Positions 29,874 through 39,311 are shown, counted from the stretch's first letter. The stretch is 64,000 nt of DNA from Candidatus Uhrbacteria bacterium (GCA_037131775.1 JBAXQK010000002.1:23472-87471); one strand, 5' to 3'. Notes: generated by a model not told the origin, from the sequence alone. Translations and numbers: made by a program.

Positions 29874-30614
29874 TCACCCGAGCTTCTGAATCGTCGCGGT
29901 CGCGATGGCAATGAGCCCCGCCATGAGGATCGTTCCGAAGATTCCGACGCCGATCTGCTGGAGGCCGTGATGGTGTCCGTGGTCGCGTCCCGACGACGTC
30001 ATCACGGTCACGGCGCCCATGATGATGAACAGGACGGACACGAGACCCATGAGCATGAGGAACACGCGGGCGATGCGCGCGCCGGACACGATCATCGACG
30101 CGTCCTTCGCGGCAGCGACCGTGGCGGCGAGCGCCGGATGCGCGTGCGCGAATCCGACGGCGGCGACGACGGACGCCGCGAGGATCGACTCGACGACCGC
30201 CTTCACGCGCGATCCGTCGGCGCGTCCTCCCACGGCCTTCATCGCCGCGCCCATCGCCTTCCCCGTGTCGGCCTTCGTCGTGGCCCCGGCGATCTGCAGC
30301 GCGTCCTTCACCACCTGCGACAGCGTCACGTCGTCCATCTGCGTCGGGAGATATTTCTCCAGGAGCGCGATCTCCTTCTTCGCCGCCTCGACCGTCTCGG
30401 GACGCCCCGCCGTCTCCGCCACGTCGCTCGCCTCGCGCAACTGCTTCACCTGCATCTTGATAATGGCGACGACGTCCTCGTCGGCAAGTTCCTTCTGCGC
30501 GTCGATCTCCTTGTTCTTCACCGCGGACTTCAGCATCCGCAGCGTGGAAAGGGTGTCCGCGTCCTTGGCCTTCATCGCTTCCTTCAGGTCGTTTGAGATT
30601 TGTTCGATAAGCAT
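29874..30614 (-). CDS. GatB/YqeY-domain protein fused to a C-terminal pilin-like membrane domain
   Basis: DLKEAMKAKD..LSTLRMLKSAVKNKEI...EIALLEKYLP..GKAMG..GRADG (YqeY), then ~95 aa of hydrophobic pilin-like sequence. Confidence 0.85.
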   Translation of the reverse strand: MLIEQISNDLKEAMKAKDADTLSTLRMLKSAVKNKEIDAQKELADEDVVAIIKMQVKQLREASDVAETAGRPETVEAAKKEIALLEKYLPTQMDDVTLSQVVKDALQIAGATTKADTGKAMGAAMKAVGGRADGSRVKAVVESILAASVVAAVGFAHAHPALAATVAAAKDASMIVSGARIARVFLMLMGLVSVLFIIMGAVTVMTSSGRDHGHHHGLQQIGVGIFGTILMAGLIAIATATIQKLG

Positions 30615-30636
30615 ATTGGTTTGATTATAACACAAA

Positions 30637-30716
30637 AGGGATCGAAGGGGTCAGAGGGATCGAGGGGATCCGTTCCCCATTTTCCCTTGAACCCTTCGAA
30701 CCCTTCGAAACCCCCG
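30637..30716. repeat. inverted array of degenerate 9-mers (GGGATCGAA)n / (CCCTTCGAA)n
   Basis: Tandem units on both arms between rpsU and yqeY. Confidence 0.75.
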
Positions 30717-30717
30717 A

Positions 30718-30963
30718 CTACCGTCGTCCTCCGGTCTTTCGCGGCTCTTCCACGAACTTTCCGGCCTTGATCAGATACTCGCGGTCATCCTTGATTTCCA
30801 ATCGGCGGAGCGCGCTGGCGCGGCCGCGGTTGCGGGTCGGATCCTTCTTGTGGAACCGAAGCTTGCGCGCCTCGAGCATGTTTCCACTCTGCTGGATGCG
30901 TCGCGAAAAGCGGCGCAACAGCGATTCGAAGCTTTCTCCTTTTCGGCGTTTTACGTCTACCAC
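30718..30963 (-). CDS. rpsU: 30S ribosomal protein S21
   Basis: VKRRKGESFESLLRRFSRRIQQSG; adjacent to yqeY; GTG start with AAGGAAGG upstream. Confidence 0.85.
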   Translation of the reverse strand: MVDVKRRKGESFESLLRRFSRRIQQSGNMLEARKLRFHKKDPTRNRGRASALRRLEIKDDREYLIKAGKFVEEPRKTGGRR

Positions 30964-31020
30964 ACTATTTTCACCTTCCTTTCATTGATTAAGATACCGG
31001 GAGGATAACAGGGGGGAGAT

Positions 31021-31143
31021 AAAGAGTCAAGAATCAAGAATGCAAGATGCAAGGAAGACTTAAAATTCAAAGGTAAAAATTGAAATTTAAGATTTTACCC
31101 TTGATTCTTCCTTGTTTCTTGCCCTTCTTGTATCTTGAGTCTT
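31021..31143. repeat. long imperfect inverted repeat built of CAAGAAT-like heptamers
   Basis: aaagagtcaagaatcaagaatgcaagatgcaag ... cttgattcttccttgtttcttgcccttcttgtatcttgagtcttt. Confidence 0.75.
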
Positions 31144-31146
31144 TTT

Positions 31147-32556
31147 CTATTGCACCACGTCCTGGCTCGGCCGCGTGACGCCTTCCGCCTTCGCGAGTTT
31201 GCGCTTCATGATGGACACGATCTTTCCGGAATCGACGATTTCCTGGGCTCCCGAGTCCATGTCGCGGATGATGATCGTGCCGTCGAGGACCTCCTTCTGG
31301 CCGAGCAGGAGCGCGTATGGGACCGCGAGCTTGTTCGCGACCTCGAGCTGGGCCTTCAGCGCGTTCTTGCCGAACGCCTCGGCCACCGGGATTCCCGCCA
31401 CGCGGAACTCCTCGAACAGGCGCAGGCCGACGCGTCGCGCGCCGTCGCCGAGCTGGCAGAAGAACACGAGCGGCTTGGCGCGGGCCTCCGGGGCGATGTT
31501 GCGGTCGGCCATGGCTTTCGCGACGCGCTCCATGCCGATGGCGAATCCGCACGCCGGGGTCGGCCGTCCGCCGATGAGCTCCACCAGCCCGTCGTAGCGT
31601 CCGCCGCCTCCGAGCGCGTTCTGCGCGCGCTCGCCCTCGTCGCCCGACTCCCAGATCTCAAACACGGTGCGCGTGTAGTAGTCGAGCCCGCGCACGAGGT
31701 GCGGGTTGAGCTGATACGAAACTTCCACCTCGTCGAGGTACTCGAGCACCTTCATGAAGTGCTGCTTCGATTCCTCGTCGAGCCAGTCCACGATCTGCGG
31801 CGCGCCGGCGAGCAGCTCGACGGTGGCCGGGTCCTTGCTGTCGAGGAGGCGAAGCGGGCTCTTCTGGAGGCGGCGCTTGTCGTCCTCGCTCAGCTTGTTG
31901 CGGTGCGGGCGGAAGTAGCTCGCGAGCTCCGTGAGGTAGCTCTGGCGCGACTCGGGCGTGCCGATGGAGTTGATCTGAATGGTCACGTCGATGCCGAGCT
32001 CCTTGAACGTGCGCGCGGCGATGAGGATGAGCTGCGCGTCCACGACCGCGTCGGGAACGCCGAGCGACTCGAATCCGAACTGGTTGAACTGGCGGTAGCG
32101 CCCGGCCTGCGGACGATCGTGCCGGAACATCGGACCCTCGTACCACAGCTTCACCGGCTGCGGCAGGTTGAACATCCCGTGGTTCACGAACGCGCGCGCG
32201 ACAGAGGCCGTGGCCTCCGGACGCATCGCGACCAGGTCGCCCGACGGGTCCTCGAACGCGTACATTTCCTTTTCGATCACGTCTGTCTGCTTCCCGAGCG
32301 TGCGCTGAAACAAATCCGCGCGCTCCAAAAGCGGCAGCTCGATGCGGTCAAAGCTGTACGCGTCGGCCATCTCGCGCACCTTCGCGCGAATCAGGCTCCA
32401 GCGGGCCTGTTCCTCCGGCAGGATGTCGCGGAACCCGCGCAAGAGCTCCGGCGGCGCCTTCCCCTTCTTCACGGGAGCCTCCGACGCGGCGGCGGGCTTC
32501 TCCGCTTTCTCGTCCTTCTCCTCGGACTCTTTCGCTGCGGTTGTTTTCTTTGGCAT
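31147..32556 (-). CDS. hisS: histidyl-tRNA synthetase
   Basis: RGFRDILP, RPEATAS, FRHDRPQAGRYRQFNQ, LVRGLDYY, GGGRYDGL, GFAIGMER. Confidence 0.97.
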   Translation of the reverse strand: MPKKTTAAKESEEKDEKAEKPAAASEAPVKKGKAPPELLRGFRDILPEEQARWSLIRAKVREMADAYSFDRIELPLLERADLFQRTLGKQTDVIEKEMYAFEDPSGDLVAMRPEATASVARAFVNHGMFNLPQPVKLWYEGPMFRHDRPQAGRYRQFNQFGFESLGVPDAVVDAQLILIAARTFKELGIDVTIQINSIGTPESRQSYLTELASYFRPHRNKLSEDDKRRLQKSPLRLLDSKDPATVELLAGAPQIVDWLDEESKQHFMKVLEYLDEVEVSYQLNPHLVRGLDYYTRTVFEIWESGDEGERAQNALGGGGRYDGLVELIGGRPTPACGFAIGMERVAKAMADRNIAPEARAKPLVFFCQLGDGARRVGLRLFEEFRVAGIPVAEAFGKNALKAQLEVANKLAVPYALLLGQKEVLDGTIIIRDMDSGAQEIVDSGKIVSIMKRKLAKAEGVTRPSQDVVQ

Positions 32557-32566
32557 AGTCGTGAGA

Positions 32567-32660
32567 TTAGGCTTAAGGCTGAAAGGCAGAAGGCTTAAGA
32601 AAATGCAGAACGGCGCCGGAAACGTCTCCCGTATGCCTTACGCCTTTCAGCCTTAAGCCT
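32567..32660. repeat. inverted array of degenerate 7-mers (AGGCTTA/AGGCTGA)
   Basis: ttaggcttaaggctgaaaggcagaaggcttaag ... gccttacgcctttcagccttaagcct. Confidence 0.75.
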
Positions 32661-32668
32661 CTCGATTT

Positions 32669-33298
32669 CTACAAACTGTACGTCGGCGCCTCGAACGTTC
32701 CTACGCGCGACAGCGGCAACCCGCGCACCCAGACGCGGCCGACGATCGCGGACTTGCTAATCGGTCCGAAGCTTCGCGAGTCGAGGCTTTCGTCGCGATT
32801 GTCTCCCATGACGAAATATTCGTCGGTGCCGAGCGTGACCTTTTTCTTTCCCTGCGAGAGCGTGCTTCCGAGGTAAAGCTTCTCGTCGAGGATCTGTCCG
32901 TTCGGATGCGCGTCGTTGTAGATGACGACCGCGCCGCCGGTGATCTCGACCGTCTCCCCCGGAAGCCCGACCAGCCGCTTGATGAAGAACTGGCTTGGGT
33001 CGCGCGGATAGCGGAACACGATGATCTCTCCCCGCTCCGGCTCGCGCATGCGGAAGGTGAGCTCGTCGATGATCAGGTATTCCCTGTCGTAGAAGTTTGG
33101 CTCCATGCTCGCGCCCTTCACGTAGAACGGCTGCACGAGGAAGTACCGGATCGGCACGATGATCGCCGCCGAGATGATGACGATCTGCAAAACCTCCAGA
33201 ATAAAAACCGCCATCGACCCAACCACCGGCCCGAAGCGCCGATGCCAGACCGTGTCGAGCGGATCGTCGTGTTCCTTGCGCTTGGCGAATGAAAACAT
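32669..33298 (-). CDS. lepB: signal peptidase I
   Basis: PFYVKGASMEP (catalytic Ser), FIKRLVGLPGE (catalytic Lys), MGDNRDESLDSR. Confidence 0.95.
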   Translation of the reverse strand: MFSFAKRKEHDDPLDTVWHRRFGPVVGSMAVFILEVLQIVIISAAIIVPIRYFLVQPFYVKGASMEPNFYDREYLIIDELTFRMREPERGEIIVFRYPRDPSQFFIKRLVGLPGETVEITGGAVVIYNDAHPNGQILDEKLYLGSTLSQGKKKVTLGTDEYFVMGDNRDESLDSRSFGPISKSAIVGRVWVRGLPLSRVGTFEAPTYSL

Positions 33299-33360
33299 GT
33301 GGGGGATCAATAAATCTTTTCTAGGATACCACGGTTTTTGGCAGGGATCAAGGGAGCCAC

Positions 33361-33389
33361 TTGAACCGTCCCACATCGTATGGTATCCT
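33361..33389 (+). promoter_or_regulatory. tRNA-Val promoter
   Basis: TTGAAC-17-TATCCT with TG extended -10. Confidence 0.55.
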
Positions 33390-33407
33390 CCCGCACGTGG
33401 ACAATAC

Positions 33408-33484
33408 GGATGTTTAGCTCAGCTGGTTAGAGCGCACCGTTCACATCGGTGAGGTCGGTGGTTCGAGCCCACCAACATCCACCA
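33408..33484 (+). tRNA. tRNA-Val(CAC)
   Basis: ggatgtt/aacatcc acceptor, caccg-ttCACat-cggtg anticodon arm, GGTTCGAG, CCA. Confidence 0.96.
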
Positions 33485-33515
33485 AAAGCACCCCTTCACA
33501 AGAGGGGTGTTTTTG
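33485..33515 (+). terminator. intrinsic terminator after tRNA-Val
   Basis: aaagcacccctt-caca-agaggggtgttttt. Confidence 0.7.
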
Positions 33516-33536
33516 TTATACTGTGAGGGTTCATCT

Positions 33537-35123
33537 ATGGAGAAAATCAAGATCGACCTTTTGCGCCAAAAATACCAGATTCCCGCTTCTCCCAAGAGGC
33601 CCTTTGTTGTGTTTGGGCGAATTCTACTGGCAATGGTCGTGTTCGTGTCCGTTGCGGGCGCGACGATGTCGTACAACGTGGACGCGTCGGCCGACGTGTC
33701 GGGATTCCCCCATTTCTCGCTGTTTTCTACCATACGCCACCTCGTGGGCGCCGGCGACCGGCAGCTGAAGGGAGAAAAGGACGATCGGATCAACTTCCTC
33801 CTGCTTGGGATCGGCGGCGCGGGACACGACGGCCCGATGCTCACAGACACCATCGTCTTCGCCTCCTACAAGCCAAGCACGAACGAAGTCGGAATGCTCT
33901 CCATCCCGCGCGACATGGCCGTGCCGATTCCCGACGAGGGGTGGCGCAAGGTGAACCACGCGAACTACTTCGGCGAGGAAAAGCAGGCGGGCGCCGGTCC
34001 GGTTATGGCGAGCGAGGTGATCGGCGGGGTCATCGGGCAGAACGTGGACTACTATCTGCGCGTTGACTTCGACGGGTTCGGAAAGCTCATCGACGACGTC
34101 GGCGGCGTGGACGTGGTCGTGGACACCACATTCACCGACGCCGAGTACCCGATTCTCGGCAGCGAGTACAAGGACTGCGGAACGTCCGTGACGCAGAACC
34201 AAACGAACCCGGACACGGGCGAGGTTGAGAGCGTTCAGGTTCCCACCTACGCCTGCCGATACGAAATCATCACGTTCACGAAGGGCCCGATGCATCTCGA
34301 CGGAACGACGGCGCTCAAGTACGTACGATCCCGCCACGGCAACAACGGCGAGGGTTCCGATTTCGAGCGCGCCAAGCGCCAGCAGAAGGTCATCGCCGGC
34401 GTGAAGGAAAAGATGATGTCCTCGGGGACGCTGCTCAACCCGGCGCGCATCAGCCACATCATGGATACGCTCAAGGAAAACGTCGCCACGAACATTTCCG
34501 CGTGGGAACTCCTCCAGCTCGCGGGCAAACTAAAGAACGTGGACACGTCGAAGATTACGACCAAGGTGCTCGACGACTCCACGGCCTCGCCGCTCTACGC
34601 GACGTCACTAAACGGCGCCTACGTGCTCCTTCCGAAGAACGACGACTGGGGGCCCGTCCGCCAGATGGCCGCGAACCTCCTCGTCCCGGACGGATCGTCC
34701 CCCACCGTCGCGACGACCTCGACGACAAAGAAATCCTCGGCCCCCGCGACCCCTTCGACGCCCTCCACCAAGATCGAAATTCAAAACGGAACCACTATTA
34801 CAGGCCTCGCTTTCCGCGCCTCGCAGCTGCTCGACGGGAACGGCTACGACGTCACGAAGATCGGCAATGCCGCGGAGCGCGCCTACAAGCACACGGTCAT
34901 TTACGACCTGTCCAATGGGAAGAAGCAAGCCGAGCTGAAGGCACTCCAGGACTCCCTCCAAGCCGACGTCACTATGTCCGCTACCGGCTACATGATGTCC
35001 GGAAACGTCGTTCCACAAGGCATTTCCATCTCTTCCGACGATTATCAGTCCCTGGCCACGGCCAAGAACATTGACTTTTTGGTGATTTTGGGAGAAAGTT
35101 CGGCAAACTTAGCACTAAAATAG
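33537..35123 (+). CDS. LCP (LytR-CpsA-Psr) family protein with LytR C-terminal domain
   Basis: N-terminal TM; INFLLLG..LTDTI..LSIPRD, ALKYVRSRH..SDFERAKRQQ; IEIQNGTTITGLA. Confidence 0.93.
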   Translation: MEKIKIDLLRQKYQIPASPKRPFVVFGRILLAMVVFVSVAGATMSYNVDASADVSGFPHFSLFSTIRHLVGAGDRQLKGEKDDRINFLLLGIGGAGHDGPMLTDTIVFASYKPSTNEVGMLSIPRDMAVPIPDEGWRKVNHANYFGEEKQAGAGPVMASEVIGGVIGQNVDYYLRVDFDGFGKLIDDVGGVDVVVDTTFTDAEYPILGSEYKDCGTSVTQNQTNPDTGEVESVQVPTYACRYEIITFTKGPMHLDGTTALKYVRSRHGNNGEGSDFERAKRQQKVIAGVKEKMMSSGTLLNPARISHIMDTLKENVATNISAWELLQLAGKLKNVDTSKITTKVLDDSTASPLYATSLNGAYVLLPKNDDWGPVRQMAANLLVPDGSSPTVATTSTTKKSSAPATPSTPSTKIEIQNGTTITGLAFRASQLLDGNGYDVTKIGNAAERAYKHTVIYDLSNGKKQAELKALQDSLQADVTMSATGYMMSGNVVPQGISISSDDYQSLATAKNIDFLVILGESSANLALK

Positions 35124-35124
35124 T

Positions 35125-36492
35125 ATGCCACAAGCCCACATCCCCATCGTCGCGCTCATCGGGCGCACAAACGTGGGCAAATCGACGCTGTTCAACCGCC
35201 TCCTGGAACGGCAGGCTTCCATCGTTTCCAAGGTGGCCGGCACCACGCGCGACCGAAAGGAAGGCGTGTGCCTTTGGCGCGGCTTGGTCATCAAGCTGAT
35301 CGACACCGGCGGCCTCGACATGGACCACGAGGACGAGATCGAGAAGAACGTCGTGCGGCAGGCCGAGAAGGCCATCGCCAAGGCCGACGTGATTTTGTTC
35401 GTGGTCGACATGAAGCAGGGCGCGCTTCCGCAGGAACGCGAGCTGGCCGCGATGCTCATGAAGTCGGGCAAGCCGGTTATCGTGGTCGGCAACAAGGCCG
35501 AGACCCCGGCCATCCGCAACTCGGCGATGGACCCGTCGTGGCGCCTGCTCGCCCTTCCCTCCCCGATTCCGGTTTCCGGACTGCGTGGCACGGGCACCGG
35601 CGATTTGCTCGACGTGATTTACGACAAGCTCGAGACGATCAAGATGAAGCCGGCCGAGCTCCAAGAGATCACCGCCGTCCGCGTCGCCGTCGTCGGAAAG
35701 CCGAACGTGGGCAAGAGTTCGCTCATCAACGCAATTCTCGGCGAGGAGCGGTTCATCGTCAGCCCGGTGGCGCACACCACGCGCGAGCCGAACGACGTGA
35801 TGATCGAGTACAAGGACCGCGAGTATCTTCTCATCGACACGGCGGGACTTCTGAAGGCCGCCAAGATGAAGAAGCAGGGCGAGCTTGAGGAGCAGGGCGC
35901 GTTTCGCACGGAGCGCGTACTGCCGAAGGCGAACGTGGCGCTGTTCGTGGTCGACGTGACCGAGCCGGTCGGGACGCAGGACAAGATGATCGCCGGCATG
36001 GTCAAGAGCGCCGGCACCGGAGTCATCATCGTCGCCAACAAGTGGGACCTCGTGAAGGACAAGAACCCCACCACCATCAACCGCGTCCGCGAGATGATCG
36101 CGGGAGGCCTCCCCTTCATCGCCTGGGCGCCGACCGTGTTCGTCTCCGCCAAGACCACCCAGCGCATCCCCGAGCTGTTCACGCTCATCGACGAGGTGGA
36201 AAAGGCCCGCCACGCGCAGATCCCAGAGCGCGACCTGGAAACGTTCTGGCGCTCCGCCGTGCGCGCCCACCTTCCCAGCCGCGGAAAGGGCCCGAAGCCA
36301 CCGGAAATCATGGGCATGCAGCAGACCGGCACCGCGCCCCCGACGTTCAACCTCCACATCAAGGCCAAGCGCCTCGACGTGCTGCACCCGAGCTACCTGC
36401 GATTCTTGGAAAACCGCATGCGCATCCACTTCAAGCTGACGGGAACGCCAATCGTGATCAACATCGTCGGAATGACTGCTCGCGCGAAGTAA
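35125..36492 (+). CDS. der: ribosome biogenesis GTPase Der/EngA
   Basis: Two GTPase domains (GRTNVGKSTLFNRL, GKPNVGKSSL; DTGG/DTAG; NKWD) and KH-like C-terminus (YLRFLEN..GTPI). Confidence 0.96.
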   Translation: MPQAHIPIVALIGRTNVGKSTLFNRLLERQASIVSKVAGTTRDRKEGVCLWRGLVIKLIDTGGLDMDHEDEIEKNVVRQAEKAIAKADVILFVVDMKQGALPQERELAAMLMKSGKPVIVVGNKAETPAIRNSAMDPSWRLLALPSPIPVSGLRGTGTGDLLDVIYDKLETIKMKPAELQEITAVRVAVVGKPNVGKSSLINAILGEERFIVSPVAHTTREPNDVMIEYKDREYLLIDTAGLLKAAKMKKQGELEEQGAFRTERVLPKANVALFVVDVTEPVGTQDKMIAGMVKSAGTGVIIVANKWDLVKDKNPTTINRVREMIAGGLPFIAWAPTVFVSAKTTQRIPELFTLIDEVEKARHAQIPERDLETFWRSAVRAHLPSRGKGPKPPEIMGMQQTGTAPPTFNLHIKAKRLDVLHPSYLRFLENRMRIHFKLTGTPIVINIVGMTARAK

Positions 36493-36493
36493 T

Positions 36494-36967
36494 ATGAAAC
36501 TCATCGTAGGCCTCGGCAACCCAGGACCCGAATACGCGCAGACCCGACATAACGTGGGCTTTCTCGTCGTCGACGAGCTCGTTCGTCGCGGACTCGACCG
36601 CGCCAAGGCGCGGACGCTGAAGCCGGACACGTTCATGAACCTGTCGGGGACTGCGGTCGCGGCGGCATTGCGGCAATCGAACATGACGGCGAGGGACGTG
36701 ATCGTGGCGTACGACGACGCCGACCTCGTATTCGGAGACATCCGCGTGCGGACGGAAGGCGGAAGCGCCGGACACAACGGGATCAAGTCGCTCATCGAGC
36801 ACCTCGGCACGCCGGAGTTCACCCGCATACGCGTGGGGATCGGACGGTCCGAGAATCCGAACGTTCCGCTCGAGGACTGGGTGCTTGGGAAGTGGTCGGG
36901 CGACGAGCAGGAAAAGATGTCCGACATCGTCGGTCGCGCCGCGGACGAGATTGAAAAAATGCTTTAG
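36494..36967 (+). CDS. pth: peptidyl-tRNA hydrolase
   Basis: LIVGLGNPG..Y..TRHNVGF, KPDTFMNLSG, GGSAGHNGIKS, RIRVGIGR. Confidence 0.97.
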   Translation: MKLIVGLGNPGPEYAQTRHNVGFLVVDELVRRGLDRAKARTLKPDTFMNLSGTAVAAALRQSNMTARDVIVAYDDADLVFGDIRVRTEGGSAGHNGIKSLIEHLGTPEFTRIRVGIGRSENPNVPLEDWVLGKWSGDEQEKMSDIVGRAADEIEKML

Positions 36968-36973
36968 GACGAT

Positions 36974-38053
36974 ATGGACGACACGAAATTCTGGATCTCC
37001 CTCGTCCGCTTTCCAAAGTTCGGGCCGGTCCGCATCAAGAAACTGGCCGCCGCCTTCCACTCGATGGAGGCGGCGTTTTCGTCTTCGCGCAATGAACTGG
37101 TTGCCGCGGGAATTGAGCCGCACATCGCGGACCAGTTCATCTTTGAACGCGCGTCGATCAACCCAGACGAGGAAGCCGCGAAGCTCGTCGCGCACAACGT
37201 AACCGCCGTGACGTTCCAGGACGACGCGTACCCTCCCGATTTGAAAACGATCTTCGATCCCCCGCCCGTCCTGTTCGTCCGCGGCGTCCTCCCCGACCCC
37301 AAGCGCGTCCACCTCGCCGTCGTCGGCACGCGCAAGCCGTCGCAGTACGGTCTCCAGGTCACGCAGGAGTTCGTCGGTCCGATCGCCAAAAGCGGCGTCG
37401 TCATTGTCAGCGGACTCGCGTACGGCATCGACGCAGCGGCGCACGAGGCGACACTCGAGGCGGGCGGCACAACCGTCGCGATCCTCGGCGGCGGGCTCGA
37501 CGACGACAACGTCTATCCGTCCCAGCACCGCGCCCTCGCGTCGAGAATCGTCGCCGGCGGCGGCGCGGTCATCTCCGAGTTCCCCGTCGGCACCCACCCC
37601 ATGCCGCAAAACTTCCCGTTCCGCAACCGCATCATCGCCGGCATGACCCGCGGCACGCTCGTCACCGAGGCCCTGATCAAATCGGGATCGCTGATCACGG
37701 CCCGCGTCGCCATCGAACTCGGCCGCGACATCTTCGCCGTCCCCGGCTCGATCCACGCGCCGATGTCGGAGGGACCGAACAATCTGATCAAGACGGGCTC
37801 GTTCCCCGTGACGACGCCGGAGGACGTGCTATCGCGTTTGGGAATGGTCGTCCGCGAGACGAAGCCGGATTACGTCCCGGGAAGCGCGGAGGAAAAGACG
37901 GTGTACGACGCGCTGACGCGAGAGCCGCTGCACGTCGACGAGCTGACCGTCGCAACGGGGATGGAGCCAAAAACGATTACGTCGACGCTGACGCTGATGG
38001 AACTGAAGGGCTCGGCGCGGCATTTGGGCGGGCTGTATTACGTGAGGGGATAA
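36974..38053 (+). CDS. dprA: DNA processing protein DprA
   Basis: YPPDLK.I.DPPPVL, AVVGTR, VSGLAYGID..AH, FPFRNRIIAG, SGSLITA; C-terminal winged helix. Confidence 0.96.
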   Translation: MDDTKFWISLVRFPKFGPVRIKKLAAAFHSMEAAFSSSRNELVAAGIEPHIADQFIFERASINPDEEAAKLVAHNVTAVTFQDDAYPPDLKTIFDPPPVLFVRGVLPDPKRVHLAVVGTRKPSQYGLQVTQEFVGPIAKSGVVIVSGLAYGIDAAAHEATLEAGGTTVAILGGGLDDDNVYPSQHRALASRIVAGGGAVISEFPVGTHPMPQNFPFRNRIIAGMTRGTLVTEALIKSGSLITARVAIELGRDIFAVPGSIHAPMSEGPNNLIKTGSFPVTTPEDVLSRLGMVVRETKPDYVPGSAEEKTVYDALTREPLHVDELTVATGMEPKTITSTLTLMELKGSARHLGGLYYVRG

Positions 38054-38069
38054 TTTAAAATGCAATCGT

Positions 38070-38321
38070 ATGTCTGAACAAACTCCCGGAACAGAATCAG
38101 ATCGCGCGTTCGACGCAAAGCTCGAGGCGTTCTATTCCAAAGGCGATTGCATCGCAATGATCAAACACGCGAAGGCTCAGGGGATCGACCTCCACGCCTT
38201 TCCGCGATACGACAGGCGGATACGCGGAGTCATCCAAAGCTATCGCGAAGAGGAAGGCATGGAGCATGAGGCAGACGAGATCGCGGGCGCGTACGGCATT
38301 TCAGACGAGAAAACCCCGTAG
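38070..38321 (+). CDS. hypothetical protein (83 aa)
   Basis: ORF directly after dprA; no recognisable motif. Confidence 0.6.
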   Translation: MSEQTPGTESDRAFDAKLEAFYSKGDCIAMIKHAKAQGIDLHAFPRYDRRIRGVIQSYREEEGMEHEADEIAGAYGISDEKTP

Positions 38322-38433
38322 GGACCAGGACGCGCCATAGGTGGCACGTCCTTTTCTTTTACATCGACTCCAAAATTGAAAACAAAAATACGGCCCGTCG
38401 TGAGACGAACCGCGAAGACAATCGAGCAAAGAT

Positions 38434-38769
38434 CTAGGTCAGCCACTCCAGACAGGTAAGTTCTCTCCAGATCCCGCGGGCCTCCTCGTCCCAGAACTCC
38501 GGATCATGGCTTGTCTCCTCAAGAAAATCCTCGAGGGAAAACTCGCCAAGAATGCCAGGGTTGTGGCTCCAGTAGCCCGCTCGCTCAAGGAGAGGAAATA
38601 CCTTGTAGTAGATCCACTCGTAGGCGCTCTTCGCCTCCTCCTTCTGGTCATACCACCGTTCCTCCGTCATCCACAGGAAGGCCGGCGTGCGCCTCCACAT
38701 GGCAGGCGCGAGTTCGCCTCGATCCGTATGACGGATGCTCTTCCTCCGTTGCTTTTCGTTCTTTGACAC
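38434..38769 (-). CDS. hypothetical acidic, Trp-rich protein
   Basis: GTG start with GGAG 6 nt upstream (MSKNEKQRRKSIR...); acidic/aromatic C-terminus. Confidence 0.6.
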   Translation of the reverse strand: MSKNEKQRRKSIRHTDRGELAPAMWRRTPAFLWMTEERWYDQKEEAKSAYEWIYYKVFPLLERAGYWSHNPGILGEFSLEDFLEETSHDPEFWDEEARGIWRELTCLEWLT

Positions 38770-38918
38770 GTTCGCTCCGTTCGCCCTAAGGCGGTTTGAG
38801 TTCGACGTGCTTGTGATCAATCATTCTGCCTCCATCGCGCGGCTCGACTTGGATCGTCGAGCGGCGGGATAAAAGGGGGAGCCGGCGGGCGCTCCCCAGG
38901 GGATGTTCGCGGTTCTTG

Positions 38919-39311
38919 CTACCAGCAGCGCGCCTCGTAGGGAATCTCGTGCAGCGCTTCCAGCCAGTACATTTCCTCCTCGAATGTAGTGGCCCAGAGA
39001 TCGTTCTCGCAATCGTCTGCCCAGATTTCAAGGGCCAGGACGGTCGCGAAGACTTCGCGCTCTGGTTCTGACGAGCGGCTCAGGCGCTCCAGGCTCTGTT
39101 GGACGTTGTCACCAATGCCGTAGTCCAGGCCCAGGTGGTATTGGACCCACCCGTCTCGCGGCTGGCTGAGCTCGGCCCCAATCTTGTGGTAGATGACGCA
39201 CAGCGCCCTGTTGAGCGCTCTCTCCGCCTCTTCGGCAGGATCGAGTACGGTGCGCGCCTCCTGGGTGGAGGTTCGGATCGAGACGCGGCCCTGCTTGCTT
39301 ACTTTTGACAT
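38919..39311 (-). CDS. hypothetical protein (130 aa)
   Basis: GAAGGAG RBS; promoter TTGACA(39423-39418)-17-TAGCCT; GC hairpin plus T run downstream at ~38871-38897. Confidence 0.7.
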   Translation of the reverse strand: MSKVSKQGRVSIRTSTQEARTVLDPAEEAERALNRALCVIYHKIGAELSQPRDGWVQYHLGLDYGIGDNVQQSLERLSRSSEPEREVFATVLALEIWADDCENDLWATTFEEEMYWLEALHEIPYEARCW

